From positions 314,500 to 378,499 of the forward strand of contig NW_002060972.1 of NCBI RefSeq assembly GCF_000150275.1: a stretch of 64,000 nucleotides of DNA. Direction: 5' to 3'. Positions 24,501 to 37,700 of the stretch are shown piece after piece. The first letter of the stretch is position 1. The number at the start of each line of letters is the position of its first letter. The notes under the pieces are model-generated. The model saw nothing but the letters and a program-made list of their open reading frames with translations, was not told the DNA's origin and did not search any database. The stretch comes from Trichoplax adhaerens. Its lineage: Eukaryota > Animalia > Placozoa. Position numbers and translations under genes: made by a program.

Positions 24501-27500
24501 TATTTCTGGTATATTTATTTATGAAAGGCATACTACACACAAAACAGAATTGAGAGACAGCAAGTTAAGGAAGGCTTAGTTAACTTTGCAATGAATAGAT
24601 GGCCATTATTTTTCTCTCGATTTTACGAGGCTTTTAAATTTTCTGGACCAAGTCTACCAAAAAATGAAGTTATTATTGCTGTAAACTGGACTGGAATATA
24701 TATTGTCGATGAATACGAAAGACTTCTAGCGGAATGTTCATATCCAGAGTTAGCAAATGTTACGAGTACCATGTAAGTACGATAATAACCGCCAACTATA
24801 AATATGCTAAACTAACTATTGCTATAATTGCTGCACATAGGAGTAGTTCAAAGCATGGCAGCAGTTTCTCGTTTACGACGATAAAAGGCGACGAGTACAT
24901 GTTTACATCAACCAATGGTGAGGATATAAAGAATTTAGTTGGTGGCTTTCTTGATGGTCTACGCCAAAGATCGAAATATGTTGTAGCAATTATGGATTAT
25001 AGTAATCCAAGTAAGCTATTTATTATTGTAGAGAGTACAGTAACGTTATATTTTTTATTTTATGTTATTCTAATAATAGTTTACAATTATCATGAATCAT
25101 ATTTTAACAGCTGGCTCTTAATTTTAAAACTGTAATTATAGGCGACGGATCTTCAGTACTTAGTTTTAAGAAAGGAGACTTAATCAAGCTATCGGATCTA
25201 GTAAAAGATATTTCATCCCATGTTGGTTGGAAACACGGAAATTGTCTCCGTACTGGCCGTTCCGGTGATTTTCCTGCAGAATGTGTATATCAAATCCCTA
25301 CTCTCGTTAAACCTCCAGATGATATCGTGGTTGGTATTAATGATTTTGAACATTGTTCTGCTACAGAAATCTAGTGATCATGGGATTCTCTCAATAATAC
25401 ATTATCACTAAGGAAGCGACATTTATTTTCCTATTACTACCAATTATTTTGATCAAATTACATTACGTTTGTAAATTTAGGAAGCTCTAGCTAATTATGG
25501 ATCCCAAGTTTATCGAAAGAATTTAAATGGTGGACTGGATCCTAACAGGGTCGATGAAAGTAGCTACGATGGAAGTGAAACATATACACTGGAATCTTAC
25601 GCGCAGGAAAATTTTACACCTTACAAAAAATCTATGCAAAAAACTATATCAAGGTCAGGATTTAGGAGAAAAGAAAAAGACAGAAGTTGGATTTGCTCTC
25701 GGGTATATATAAAATTTATAGTTTTGTAATAAGCTGAAACGAATTGAAAAAAGAGTACACTTCATTTACCTGTTTTAATTATAATTATCACTATCACAGG
25801 AGCCAATAAAACATCCATTACTGAAAAATTTGATTGAACAGGATGAGTTGTGTTCTGATGCTGTTAGAATTTTCTTAGGTTAGTAAACATACCAAATCAA
25901 TTATAATTGAAAGCTTTAATGATTTTATGCTGGGTATATCGATCAGGATACCCAGTCACCCTGGAGATACAAAAACACTTTCAGTAGTCTTTTCATTTAA
26001 TGCATTTCACATTGCTAACATACACGTATATATTTTAGCTATTATGAAGTATATGGGAGACTACCCTTCTAAGAAGTCAAGACACAATACTGAACTTACA
26101 GATGCCATATTTGAGCCCGCTATTCTACAGGTCAAACTTTTTCCATGTAAAATAACCTTAATGTGGTCGCGTTAATAATTTCTAACGGCTTACGCTACCT
26201 TAATTATACTACAGAAAGTACTTTGCGATGAAGTCTATTGTCAAATTATGAAACAGTTAACTGAGAATAAGATAAGGTTAGGACGGTGCTTATGTAAAAT
26301 TATATGAATTTCGGTAAGGATTGATAATATATAATTGATGGCCATATCTTTATAATAATTGTTATGAAAACAATCTCATTAAATTTTAGTCAAAGTGAAG
26401 AAAGAGGGTGGGAACTATTTTGGCTATGTACCGGTTGCCTCTTGCCAACGTAAGATACTCCTACATTCGTATATCAGTACATATAATGGTCGTAATTGAT
26501 TACTGCAGAAAAGCTAATTTTACTACGTTTCTCATTTTGCTAAAATAACTACAGGAATTCTCTAGTGAGGGAAGTTAATACTTTTTTGGTGTCCCGTAAG
26601 GTTAACAATCCCATAGCCCAAGATTGTATATCTAGATTGAGAAAGCTCCTCAGGTACGTTGTAATAATTTCTGTTCCTCTACTAGGTTATTTATCAACTT
26701 TATTGCTGTAAAATTAAATTTTAAATCAGTCGTTATGATATCTAGCAAATTAATCAACGCGCCTTATGTTTTTGCAACATCTAGAAGTGGACCTCGTAAA
26801 TATCCGCCACATGTTGTGGAAGTACAAGCTATCCAGGTTTCTTGTGAAATCACATTGGGATATTGTTCTCAATTGTAATTCTACCTAACGCTATCAATTT
26901 TTCCGTAGCAAAAGACAATCAAGTTAATGCATAAAATTTACTTCCCTGATGAAAGCTATCACGCGTTCGATATTAGCTCATCCATAAAGGCAAGAGATTT
27001 ATGTCAGGCTATCATTGCTCGTATGCAGCTTACGTCCGGCAATGGCTTCAGCTTGTTTGTAAGAATGGCTGATAAATGTAAGATAAGCATTGCGTTTAAT
27101 TTGCATAATTTACTTATTGATTACTGAATTGTGGATTAAAATATCAGTTGTTAGCATACCAGAAGGAGATTACTTGTTTGATTTTATACGTCATGTCTCT
27201 GAATGGGTAAAGGCCAATATACGAGGGAAAGAAGGTAAGATTTCGTGAAATAAAACTTCTTTACTATATTAGCCTTACACTAAAGATTTTTATTTAACTG
27301 CTGAAGATAAAAGTCCAGGTGAACTTGCATATCAGCTGTACTTTATGAGAAAGTTATGGTCTGATGTTGTCGTTGGAGCTGATAGAAATGCAGATTTAAT
27401 ATTTCACTATCATCAGGTAGGTTGGAAGAAGTTAATCGTAATTTAATAAATTATCATTCTTTTCCAAAGTAATATCGAAACTATGACTGTGTTAGGAATT

Positions 27501-28577
27501 ACCGAAATATCTTCGAGGATATCATAAGTGCGCCAAAGAAGATGCAATCCGATTGGCAGCTTTACAATATCGTGTAAAGCATGGCGATGATAATTCTGAA
27601 CTGAACAATATTCAGTAAGAATCTTTTCGTACAGTAAATATTGTCACTAGAGACAAGGTGCACAGAATTATGAAACTCAACGAATGATTAATTTATTGAA
27701 CATATCAGGAGGTTATTACGCGACTTGGTTCCTTACGATGCTATTGGTAATTTATCAGCAGAAGAATGGGAACAAGTTAGTTTGATTATTTTAAAGCAAA
27801 ACTACGTAGTCGATTATTAGTACTGGAATTATTCATGTTGTAATAGTGACGGATTATCATGTTGTTTTAATAAATTGACTTTATTAAGAATTCTAAGTAC
27901 TATCACATTGGAAGGTGCAATATTTTAAAACTAAATGTTTATAATCTATCAGGCGATAACTGAATCTTATACTAGTGGTCGAGGAATGACTAAACATGAT
28001 GCCAAAATTGCATTTTTGCAAGAGGTTGAAAAATGGGCTACTTTTGGATCCGCCTTTTTCGATATCAAGGTAGTTTTCTATTTAATTTGTATAGAAGTTG
28101 TTACAAATAATCTGATCTACTCTTATTATTTTAGCAAACAACTGGACAAGAGCTGCCTGAAAATTTATTAATTGCAATCAACAAGGGTGGCGTATTCTTT
28201 ATAAATCCAATCAATAAGGTTGGTCATGTTAGGTTCATGAAACTTTAATAGCTCCATTTTAATTATTATAAAATTTGTCTTTACCAGAAAATCATTACAC
28301 AGTATCCATTCACCAAGATATCCAGCTGGAGTAGCGGAAATGCATACTTTCACATGACGATTGGTGATTCCGTTAATGGAATGAAGTTACTGTGTGAAAC
28401 CCATTTGGTAAATACTTGTAAACATCAGTGTCTGCATTCGTATTTGTTAATCAATCATTTATTGACATCTTACACCTTATATAAAATTTATTTTAGGGGT
28501 ATAAAATGGATGATTTGCTAACCTCTTACATATCACAGCTTATTGCCACGAAAGGTGAAAACAATTCCGGACAATAG
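12534..28577 (+). CDS. MYO7A: Myosin VII (co-ortholog of vertebrate MYO7A/MYO7B and Drosophila crinkled), about 52 coding exons
   Basis: Exons 12534-12551 (MVIVAK), 12777-12890 ([18 protein letters not shown]...), 16528-16608, 16802-16876, 17117-17301, 17411-17532 (P-loop GESGAGKTE), 17619-17761 (NDNSSRFGK), switch II DIFGFE near 19125, 19891-20558 (converter, IQ1-2). Five IQ motifs, an E/K/R-rich SAH (21061-21528), MyTH4-FERM, SH3 (near 25142), second MyTH4-FERM, and last exon 28497-28577 [26 protein letters not shown]. Confidence 0.97.
12900..14660. repeat. Degenerate tandem array (unit about 80-120 bp) in the myosin intron 12891-16527
   Basis: AAATCAACTCAA...AAGGATAAAATACA...TAG(C/T)CTTGACATAAGTT...TGATAATGGAAG recurs roughly ten times (for example near 13072, 13456, 13629, 13724, 13909, 14013, 14115). 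Confidence 0.85.
18446..18549 (+). other. GC-AG intron in myosin VII
   Basis: Exon ...LGNIQFS+G ends CAG|GCAATT. Read-through hits TAA at 18454 before any GT. Joining to the acceptor at 18549 restores the frame ([12 protein letters not shown]). Confidence 0.85.
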
Positions 28578-29522
28578 TCGATTTACAAAGATTGGTAAAA
28601 TCGTTGTTGTGTGATCATTGCGGAAAAAAGAGTGTCGATCATTTCTAGTAGTTTCTGACGTCGCTAAATTAGTCAGATTGTTAATGAGTAATGATAATTC
28701 GATTATTAGCGGACGTTAATAGATTGGTATCCTCTAAAGCTAGAGATTTTTGCATTACTCGACTTTATTACTGTAGATAACAGAAACTGATATGAGCTTA
28801 TTTTGTAAACCGGAATAACAACCGACCACATGATGATGACACAACCGTAATATTATTCTTCTCATCTAATGTACATGCTAACTTTCCTTTATATCAGCCT
28901 TGAATGCAGCCTAAGTTAACAAAGAAAAGATTATTTAGAAGTATTGTTTTATGGCGTTACACCATGAAGGATATTAGATTTAGCCGGCAATACAAACCCA
29001 GAAAATGTAATAGTATAGTAAATCGTTTACATATATTAAATTGTCCTCTTTATATCACATATTGCTTATTCACGATGAAACTAGAATAATGACAAATACC
29101 ATCATTTTATAAATTTCGTTTCTATAGCTTTATTTTGAGTAGAAATTAAGACATATGTAACTATCCTTACAAGTTCATGATATAATACAATCTTTAGTTA
29201 CTATTCTTGTTATTAACCAGCTTATCAGCATTGCATTTGAAAGCTGGTGGACTGTTTTCGAATTCTTATAGTTTTACTGATTTAATTTCGATCGCAGTAG
29301 CAGTCTTGTATGATTTCTGACTAGACATGTTTTTATAATCCACTATCTGCGATAATATCTACATTCAAGAGTAGTTTACAAATTTATAAAAATACGGATG
29401 ACCTTCCTATGATTTGCTGTACTAGAACCGAAAAAAGAATATTGACAAAATATTGGCTATGGAATAAAACTTAGTATGATACCATTTAAAAAATGAATTG
29501 CATAGCATGATATACTTCTCTA

Positions 29523-30661
29523 TCACCATGTTCTATTTAAACTCCGTGTAGGGCTACGAACTCGCGGTATAGAAGCAGTAGGCGTAAAACTACCTTCAAA
29601 ATTTAAATCAATTAACCGTTCTTGGCGATCGCTTTTGGCTGCCTTGGGCTTCCAAGTTTTGCTAATTACATGATTGCGGTTATATCGCCTTGAAGGAGTA
29701 AAAATCTCTTCATTCTGTCTTATATCAAATAACGACTCGCTAACATATACCGAATTTACGAAACCTGAAATTATTTTGATAAAATTAATAGGAGAATTAA
29801 ATTACATGAATTACATGGCTATCACTAATTCCTTCCAATGTGAATATACAGTATACAAACCTGTTGGTTTAGCAATTTTGTATCGAAGATAATCAGGCCT
29901 ATCATCAACTAAAATTAAGATTAACAGATAGTTCCAATAATCAGTTATACAGTTGCATATTTATTTCAAACGATAAAATACGCCAACTGCTAATATCTAA
30001 TTTCCACAATATACTATAATAAAATGGGCATCAATGTTCCTTAACAGCGTGGTTTAAGATCGTAGGCGAATTTTCAGGTTTATAAATTGAACCTACGACC
30101 GTTTTCGTATGTGAAATATTCACGGAATGTATATGTTACTGTCAATCCCCGTAAAGTATAATTTACCTTCGTATTGCATAAACAGATTTTCATCCGCAAA
30201 TGATTGCTGTATTTTATGCTTAGCAGAAGGGTTACGCAACGTGCTACAAACCAAAACACAAATTGACATAGTTAGTAACTTACAAAGGCTAAACTTCAGT
30301 TCTTAAGGCCTAAGTTACCTTGTCCTTCCAATGAATTGTTTTAATCGAATATTTTCAGGGCGTGTAAATACTCCATAACGATGTGGACAAGTAAAATATT
30401 GGCGGCCCTTAAATAATCCATTATGTCTACCGACTTTAAAATCGATATAAAAATTTGGTAGTAAGTGTTCAAAATAAGTTTACTTTAGTCACTTTCGATG
30501 ATAACAAAAGACTTACTAGGCCTATCAAGCTGAACTCCAATCCATTCTCCAATCATGCTAACTAATGGGCCAGTATACTTTATTATTCCATTAACAATCG
30601 ATCCATCAAACCATAAAAGTTCAACTCTAGCTCCTTCAATAATGCCTTCGTTGCCTTGCAT
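29523..30661 (-). CDS. Small CAP-Gly domain protein, 208 aa, 5 exons (30661-30517, 30433-30319, 30243-30167, 29908-29861, 29764-29523)
   Basis: Spliced translation gives ...GIIKYTGPLVSMIGEWIGVQLDRPIGRHNGLFKGRQYFTCPHRYGVFTRP (CAP-Gly signature). All junctions are GT-AG and phase-consistent; total 627 nt ending ...SLNRTW*. An upstream exon joining at the acceptor near 30691 is possible. Confidence 0.85.
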
Positions 30662-31749
30662 GGTTTCCTTTTTAATGGTAACTACCAAAGGCTACTGAAT
30701 AATTTGTCTTGCAATTACTAACACTATTTGCTTAAATCCCAAGTATTTATTATCATTCTAGCTAATCAATTTAATTTATTGTGGCGAAGATGTGGCAAAC
30801 ATCGATCTTGAATGTATCTAAACAGAAGGTACAAGTATTAGGGATCGGTATCGAGGCTTTCGACTAAGAAAGTTAGAATTTCTTAACAGTTTTTATGTAA
30901 CATTGGTATGATAACCTATAGTATCAACAGATTATTACGTATAGCGTATATCTAGAGACAGAGTATTTGTATTATTTCATTAGTTGGCTGATCACACTTA
31001 TGGCTTCAAAATCTTAAAGTGATAATAAAATCAGAGTACGTAGATGAAGTAGTTCCTAAATTTGATTGAAAGTACGACAACAATTTCAATTCGGTTACCC
31101 ATTAGTACTGTTGTTAGTTGTGTAAAATGAAGAGTTGATGAAGAATTGGATTGCTCAGCTTAGTATTACTTTAAAGTAGAAAAGAATCAGAATAATACGG
31201 CAAATTCACTTATGATAACTTTTTAAATCTTGTTCTACTAATAAAATTTATCAATCATTATCAAAGTCAGCTTGTTCTTACTACAGTACCTATTACGGAT
31301 GATCTGTGTCTATAGTAATTAGGATAGTAATTTTGATCGTTTTATCTGTTACTAAAATCTAAAATAAATCAAGATAAGATATCAAGTAGTCATTTAATTT
31401 ACCTTCTGTGGATATTTTCAACTTTATTCGAAATGAACTAACGAAGAAATACTTTAGTCAACTGAGGATAGATTTACCATTCGCCGATTACAACCACTGT
31501 TAACGTGCAATGGTAATCAAATCAAGAATCAACCGTGACTTTAGTTAATAGGCGTATAAAGATCGTTAATGTACTTGCTATTTCTCTAATAACGCTACAA
31601 AAAGACTATAATGATGCAAAGCAATATATAAAGATTTATTCATGAGCAAATTAATGCAAATTTTGGCTGCTTCTATATAAAACAAGCGGAATGATACGTT
31701 GCAGCACAGCTAGTCTAACTGTAGGCTTTCCTTCGCCAGAGAAACTTCG

Positions 31750-31763
31750 ATCACCATGGTAAC
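31750..31763 (-). promoter_or_regulatory. RFX X-box-like element upstream of the CAP-Gly gene
   Basis: GTTACC-AT-GGTGAT on the minus strand: one perfect half-site with the AT spacer and one imperfect half-site, about 1.1 kb upstream of the ATG. Confidence 0.55.
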
Positions 31764-34700
31764 ATAATTGAACATGCGCATGATCCTTCTATTTATTTGT
31801 CTTGTAAATGACTGCTGAGCTCGAAGCAGTAAATATCATTAGCTCTATCCTGACAAATAGTCAATCTGTATATCTGTCTGCTTACCTGGTATATATCAGT
31901 CTGCCTATTTATTAATCTATCTATCTATCTGTCTACCTGGATAAGTATCAAATGTCGATAATTATGCTAATACTTTACTGTAAATTTTAATTTTTACTGT
32001 CCTACTGTACGTATCAGTAAGTTATCCTATTGAGCTTACAACTGCCGATTTACAAAGTTGATGAGCAATCAGTGTTCAAAGATTAGGTGATATTTATATG
32101 TATCCTTACTACTCAAGGTGAAACGGTATGCAGATGGTCTTATTGACTGTAAATCGTAAAACTCTTACAATGATCAATTCTTTCAAACACGAGGCTGATG
32201 AGATCTCATTCCACATTATGCAAATTGCATGAGGAACTGACACTGTTTGTGTAAGAGTTAGTTGACAGTCATTTTTGATAAAATTGTGGTTTTAGGCTAT
32301 ATAAGATTATGCATAATCAGAACGAAGTTTAAAATGAGACAGATATTGTCGTTACATTTGGAATACTATTATCAAACTAATTGAGTTTATAGATATACAT
32401 TTGTTCTGTGTGTATTCGACTAGCATGTAGTACGAAAAGGATATTGGCAGGTATTCTATAAGATAAACAATGACGTAAGGTAGAAAAAATTTAGATGATC
32501 TACATGCAACTCGCAATAATTGCTTTATGCGAGTGCATTCAGTAAGAAATTGTTATCAGAATGCTGCAATGTATGCCAGTATAAGAGGGTAACATAGAAA
32601 AGGAAAATGCAATTTGAATTTAAAAATGGAGCCATATGAAAATATTTATCACGTTATCTAGTATATATCACAATTTATTCGCTACATATGATCAATCGAC
32701 GTCTAAATTTCCTTACATTATACAGAAAGTACCTTTATAAGCGTTTATATTTCGAGATATGAAGCGTAATCAAACCGAGGACTAGAGTCAGAATAAGGCA
32801 AATATTTCTGTAGGCTACAGTAACGGACTATAGAAATAAAATTTTAAAAATCTAGTTAACTGATGCCGAAGTTCATGAATTTCAGATAAAACTGAAAGCC
32901 TTCTATACTTTTAACTAGTCATACATGATAATCCCTCTAACGTAGATTGTTTTAGTATCTTTGCCGTATATCACAAGTCATTACTAGGTAAGTTGATTCT
33001 ATACGCAATCGGAAATAACGCTATAGACATCAACAAGTTGGTCCTCAATTAGGTGAGCCCGCCAAAAGCAAATCATTACTAAAATTACTTTATATCTACG
33101 AAAAATATTCACTTGCCGCTGTTACTACCCATGAATATTTAACTATTTAGACAACCTTCTGCCTATAAAATGAATTAAAATTGATACTTTAATGTATTAC
33201 AGTATCGCAGACGACTTAAAATCAATCTTAATAAAGTTATTAATGAATTTGGAAGTGTAATAAGGTTCAAGGACTAGCCTTAGTAGTTGTATCAATCTCC
33301 CAATTTTATTAGAGAAATTATCGCGCTAAAAGCAAACTAGCTGGTAAAGATATTTATCTCATTTGCTAATGTTTAGATTAAAATCTAAACTGCCTATTTT
33401 GGCAGAATGAACATGGTACCCTGCTGTGTAATGAAGCCATAGACCCTGTTTTCAAGATGAATAACATCTTAGAGGAAGTAAGTTTGTAATAGCTCGTGCA
33501 TACGCTTATTAGAGTAAGCTAAATTCCTGAATACAGTAATAGAAGGATAGTTGATCATTTTGTTACTGCTACTCTAGTTAACAGTATGACTTAATACTCT
33601 CGCATATACAAGCAAGCACTAAAGTTTGCAATCTTGCAGCATTAAATTATCAATTAATTAATTGAATATTGATTGAAATTATCTTCATCATTTTGATTTT
33701 ATCGGTTTCTTTAGGTTATCTACTAAAACAAAACTCTAAGACTGAGGCTAATTGTTGATAACATAACCAGCAAACTGAAATCTAGACCATTTTAAAGGCT
33801 ATAATCTTGGACATGACGCTTAAGAACTATCAATTGGCAGTTCCCAGTCAGAAGATTAAAAGACAAGTTAGTAATCAGCCATCATAATTACTATAGGAAA
33901 TTTCTGTTGTATTTTACCTACTATGTCAATAACTAGACAAATAATAACGTGATTTCTTTTATGCTAAATTATTAAATCAGTTAAATTGTTCTGGTCCAAA
34001 TGATATAAAGAGAGAATGTTATCTACTACTGCTATTTAGATATTTTACCTAGATCATCAAAAGAATAAATAAATCAACGTGGATAGAATTGAGTAGATAT
34101 TCAATATCAATTTAATAAAAGTGATAAAATAATTGATTTATCTTTTGGAATATCCATCTATAACGTCAAATAGATGACGTTGATTTGCACTAAATTGTAT
34201 TGAATACAATATTAGCCGGACACAATTAGTGATTCTCTTTAAAAGTTTAATTCATTTCGTCTATTGATTATAGTAAGATAACGTAGATACTAGAATAAAG
34301 CAAATCAAAAGTTAATCTAGTTAATGTAGTAATAACAGATTTTTATTTATACAGTAGTATACAAGGAGTTACTGATAGACATGCCATCTGTTTCTTGTTT
34401 CATTGAGAATAATAAATACAGTAAACATGTTTATCACCATTTCGGCAGCTATATTATTCAAAACTTTTATTGCTTAAAGTGCAGAGAATTTTCTAAAATT
34501 CTTTGACAAACAAGGAATAATGATTGATTGATTTAGGCTGCATTATTGTACGGTATTATTTATTTGAATCTACTTTACCATAAAATCATTTCATGAATAG
34601 GCACGTTACTCAATGGATTTCTCGGATTTAGGCTGTTTCTTAGAAAACATTGCACTATTGATGTGTGAGGTAGCTTTACACTCAGATTCCCACTTAGCCG

Positions 34701-37700
34701 AGGACGATAAACGGGATTAATAGTATTATTATCCTGTCAGCAGCTATACTAGTCGTTGGGCAATTGATTAGCATCGCGGAAGCTTATTTCTTTTTAATTA
34801 TCTTCGAAATACATGGAGTCACTGATGAGATAGAGAATGAGGTCGTCAAGTTATAGTTTGGTCAAAAATATCCTTATTAATAAGTAAAAACTATATGTAT
34901 TTAAGGCTTCGTACTAATTTAAGAGAGAGGTATTGCAGTAATCTAGTTTGGATTTTGCATCAAGATAGAAAATGGGACCAGCGGTATCAATGATAGCAGG
35001 TCAGCAGCTATTTACAATGCCTTCAGAATATATAAGATCTTAGCAGGCTGATGAGTATAATATAGCATAATTCAGAAACTAGCTAATTACTAACTAGTTA
35101 GACAACAAATTTATTTAGTTCATATTTGAAGATGGTAATTTAGGAGGAGTTACATAATCATCGAGACTCTGGTATTCGTCTATTTATTACCAGTTGCCAG
35201 AGATAGCCGCTATCAACAATATATTGAACCCTAGAAGTATATATATATATATTAAAATAAAGCCATCGATTAGAGCAGACACTATGCAAAAAAATGGATG
35301 TAATTTTGTAGTTTCCTTCAAATATACGCATTGATTCTTATTTCAGTCAATCAATAATGTCCTATCTATTTCTTGAAAACGTGATTATTGATCGAGATAA
35401 TACTATTCATCCATGGTTATGGCAATCAAACGAACACAATTTACAATTTTATTAAATTAATCATATTATTAAATCGACATAATTGAGTTCTTATAAAGCA
35501 CTCTTCGCCAATACTGCACGAAAGGATAGGCTTGCAATTGTAATATATTATAATAAAATGTTAAAATATTTTTTTCCTTCGAAATTTCATTTAGCTGCAT
35601 CCAAAGCCTATACAACTTCATCATGCTATTCGATCAAGTCATTTAAATTTTTTAATTGGATAAAGATATACACTAATAAATGACTTTACAAATCTTTATT
35701 AGAATTAAATATTTTAAGTTTATGAAATAAAATTTCTTTCCTTCATTACTATATATCCGTTGTCTATCTTCTGGATATAAACAGTGGAAAGGAGTCGACA
35801 GTCAAAACTTAATGATATTTATATTTGTAGCCAGTATCAATATCTTGGAATCAAATTATTATATTAATCGTAGACTGGATAAACTTGATCAGCAAATAAG
35901 ATATTATCGTTAAATCTACTATAGAGATACTTACTTGCTTCCATGGCATAAAAAATCATGTACGTATATAAATTCATAAGTCGGTTTAGCATAAAATAGC
36001 TTTCAGTCTACATAAATAACTTTGCAATAACGATAATACAATTGGATAATGTATCTAAGAAATTTGATAAGATAATACATATTTTCTCTATCTACATATA
36101 AAAATCTCAGCAAATGAATTACTCATGTTGAATTGGGGAGGGGATGGGGTAGGAGTTTTTTAGCTAATTTTAGTAGAACACCGAGGAATCCTTTTAATAC
36201 TTAGCTACAAGAAATTTTTATAAAGTAAATCGATTGTTGCATAGTTGTTTATGTTTTGTAAATAAAGTTTATATGACTAGATGATGGAAAGTAGTCAATC
36301 ATTTACTTTAGCTCGTGAAATATCTTGAACGAGAATTTATTCAGCTTTTATCCTGTTATAGCCTTGTCAATATTAATGTTCCCACTGTAGAACTAAAAAT
36401 ACTATTTGGGCAGTGCAATTAAAGATGAGGTAATTAATGTACCTAATGCTATGCATTCACTCAATTTATACTGTAGTTAGTGCACGAGAAGGGAAAAGTA
36501 GAGAGGCTTAAATTTTGCGAATGAAGCTGATCTAACTTGTCTTTGCCAATGAATTTCTTTATCATTCTTGGATAGTAAAATCTCACTTGATAGAGTTCTA
36601 ACAAATAAAGGCACCATAATAATCAAAGCAAATTTATTCTGATCTACAAAAATAAATTCTCTAAATATTGACCAAAATGAGCGAGCTACCCCCGATTTGA
36701 AGCTATTTATCGCCTGTCAACACTGCCACTGCAGGGTATGCTATTATTATTGGCTTAATCGCTGAAAAGGAAATAAACTTATCTCAGTGCTGCACTAATA
36801 ATTGGGTCAATCGCCGATGCTTTAAACTATTCTCGTTGCTATTTATGTATGTAGTTGCGTGTATATCCAATATGATCAAGTTGATTGCTTGGGGCAAGAA
36901 CCAATGGCGTTCCAATTAAAAGTCAATATGTACTGTACGTGTATAGTAAATAGGCTTGCAGCTATATGCTGTAATGTCTGTGACGTATTTTCTTACCTCT
37001 AGGCTATCTCAAGTCTTATTTTGATAAAATAGAATGGGCTTGCAAGATTCATTTTATCATTTGCGTAATAGGAGTAATCTCGTAGAACAGCGGGATAACA
37101 CAGTAAAGTGCTATAAGAAGATTCGATCAATAAGTAAATTGCTCTAGAGTCACCAATTCCCAGGATGGGCTAAGGAATCTATCATATGGCCTCCGATCAT
37201 ATCCTAATAACATTACCAAAATTGTGATTTTTAACAATGATTCCCTTTACGGCGCGTTTACTAAATAGCCGTATTGCATGTAAAGTACCGAATTAATCGA
37301 TCCTATTACGAAATCAACCACGAGTACTCGTAATAACTGTTGTAATACCTATGGCTGGCAAAGATTTAGCTATCTGATTTATTTTGAAATGGATAAAAAT
37401 GATCTTCAAATTCCTTTCATAAATTTCTTATAATTATTGATGTATATATATATAATTTACGCGTTATGTTGATGGCTCATTAAATGGAAATAGGCTAGCT
37501 AGCCGTTTGTTCGTCTGATGATAGTGGCTAATTTCCCTAATTTAAAATTTGAATCATTATCTTCCAGTTATGATTTGTGATATGTATTCAGTTGAGAGAG
37601 ATCAATTAATCTGCAGCGATAAATTTTATGAAGTTATGCTGTTTTTAAAATTAGCATAAATGAGTAGGATATAATACTACAAAAATGCTATCATGGGCAT

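Noticed and set aside
16991-28353. Antisense and alternate-frame ORFs over myosin exons (also 52425-52625 over the glypican)
   Set aside because: Shadow ORFs of real coding exons.
29555-29585. EB1-binding SxIP motif in the CAP-Gly tail (TASIP)
   Set aside because: The register is A-S-I-P, not [S/T]-x-I-P.
30031-30092. Alternative terminal exon of the CAP-Gly gene (GSIYKPENSPTILNHAVKEH*)
   Set aside because: The acceptor lacks a pyrimidine tract, and the gene reads through correctly without it.
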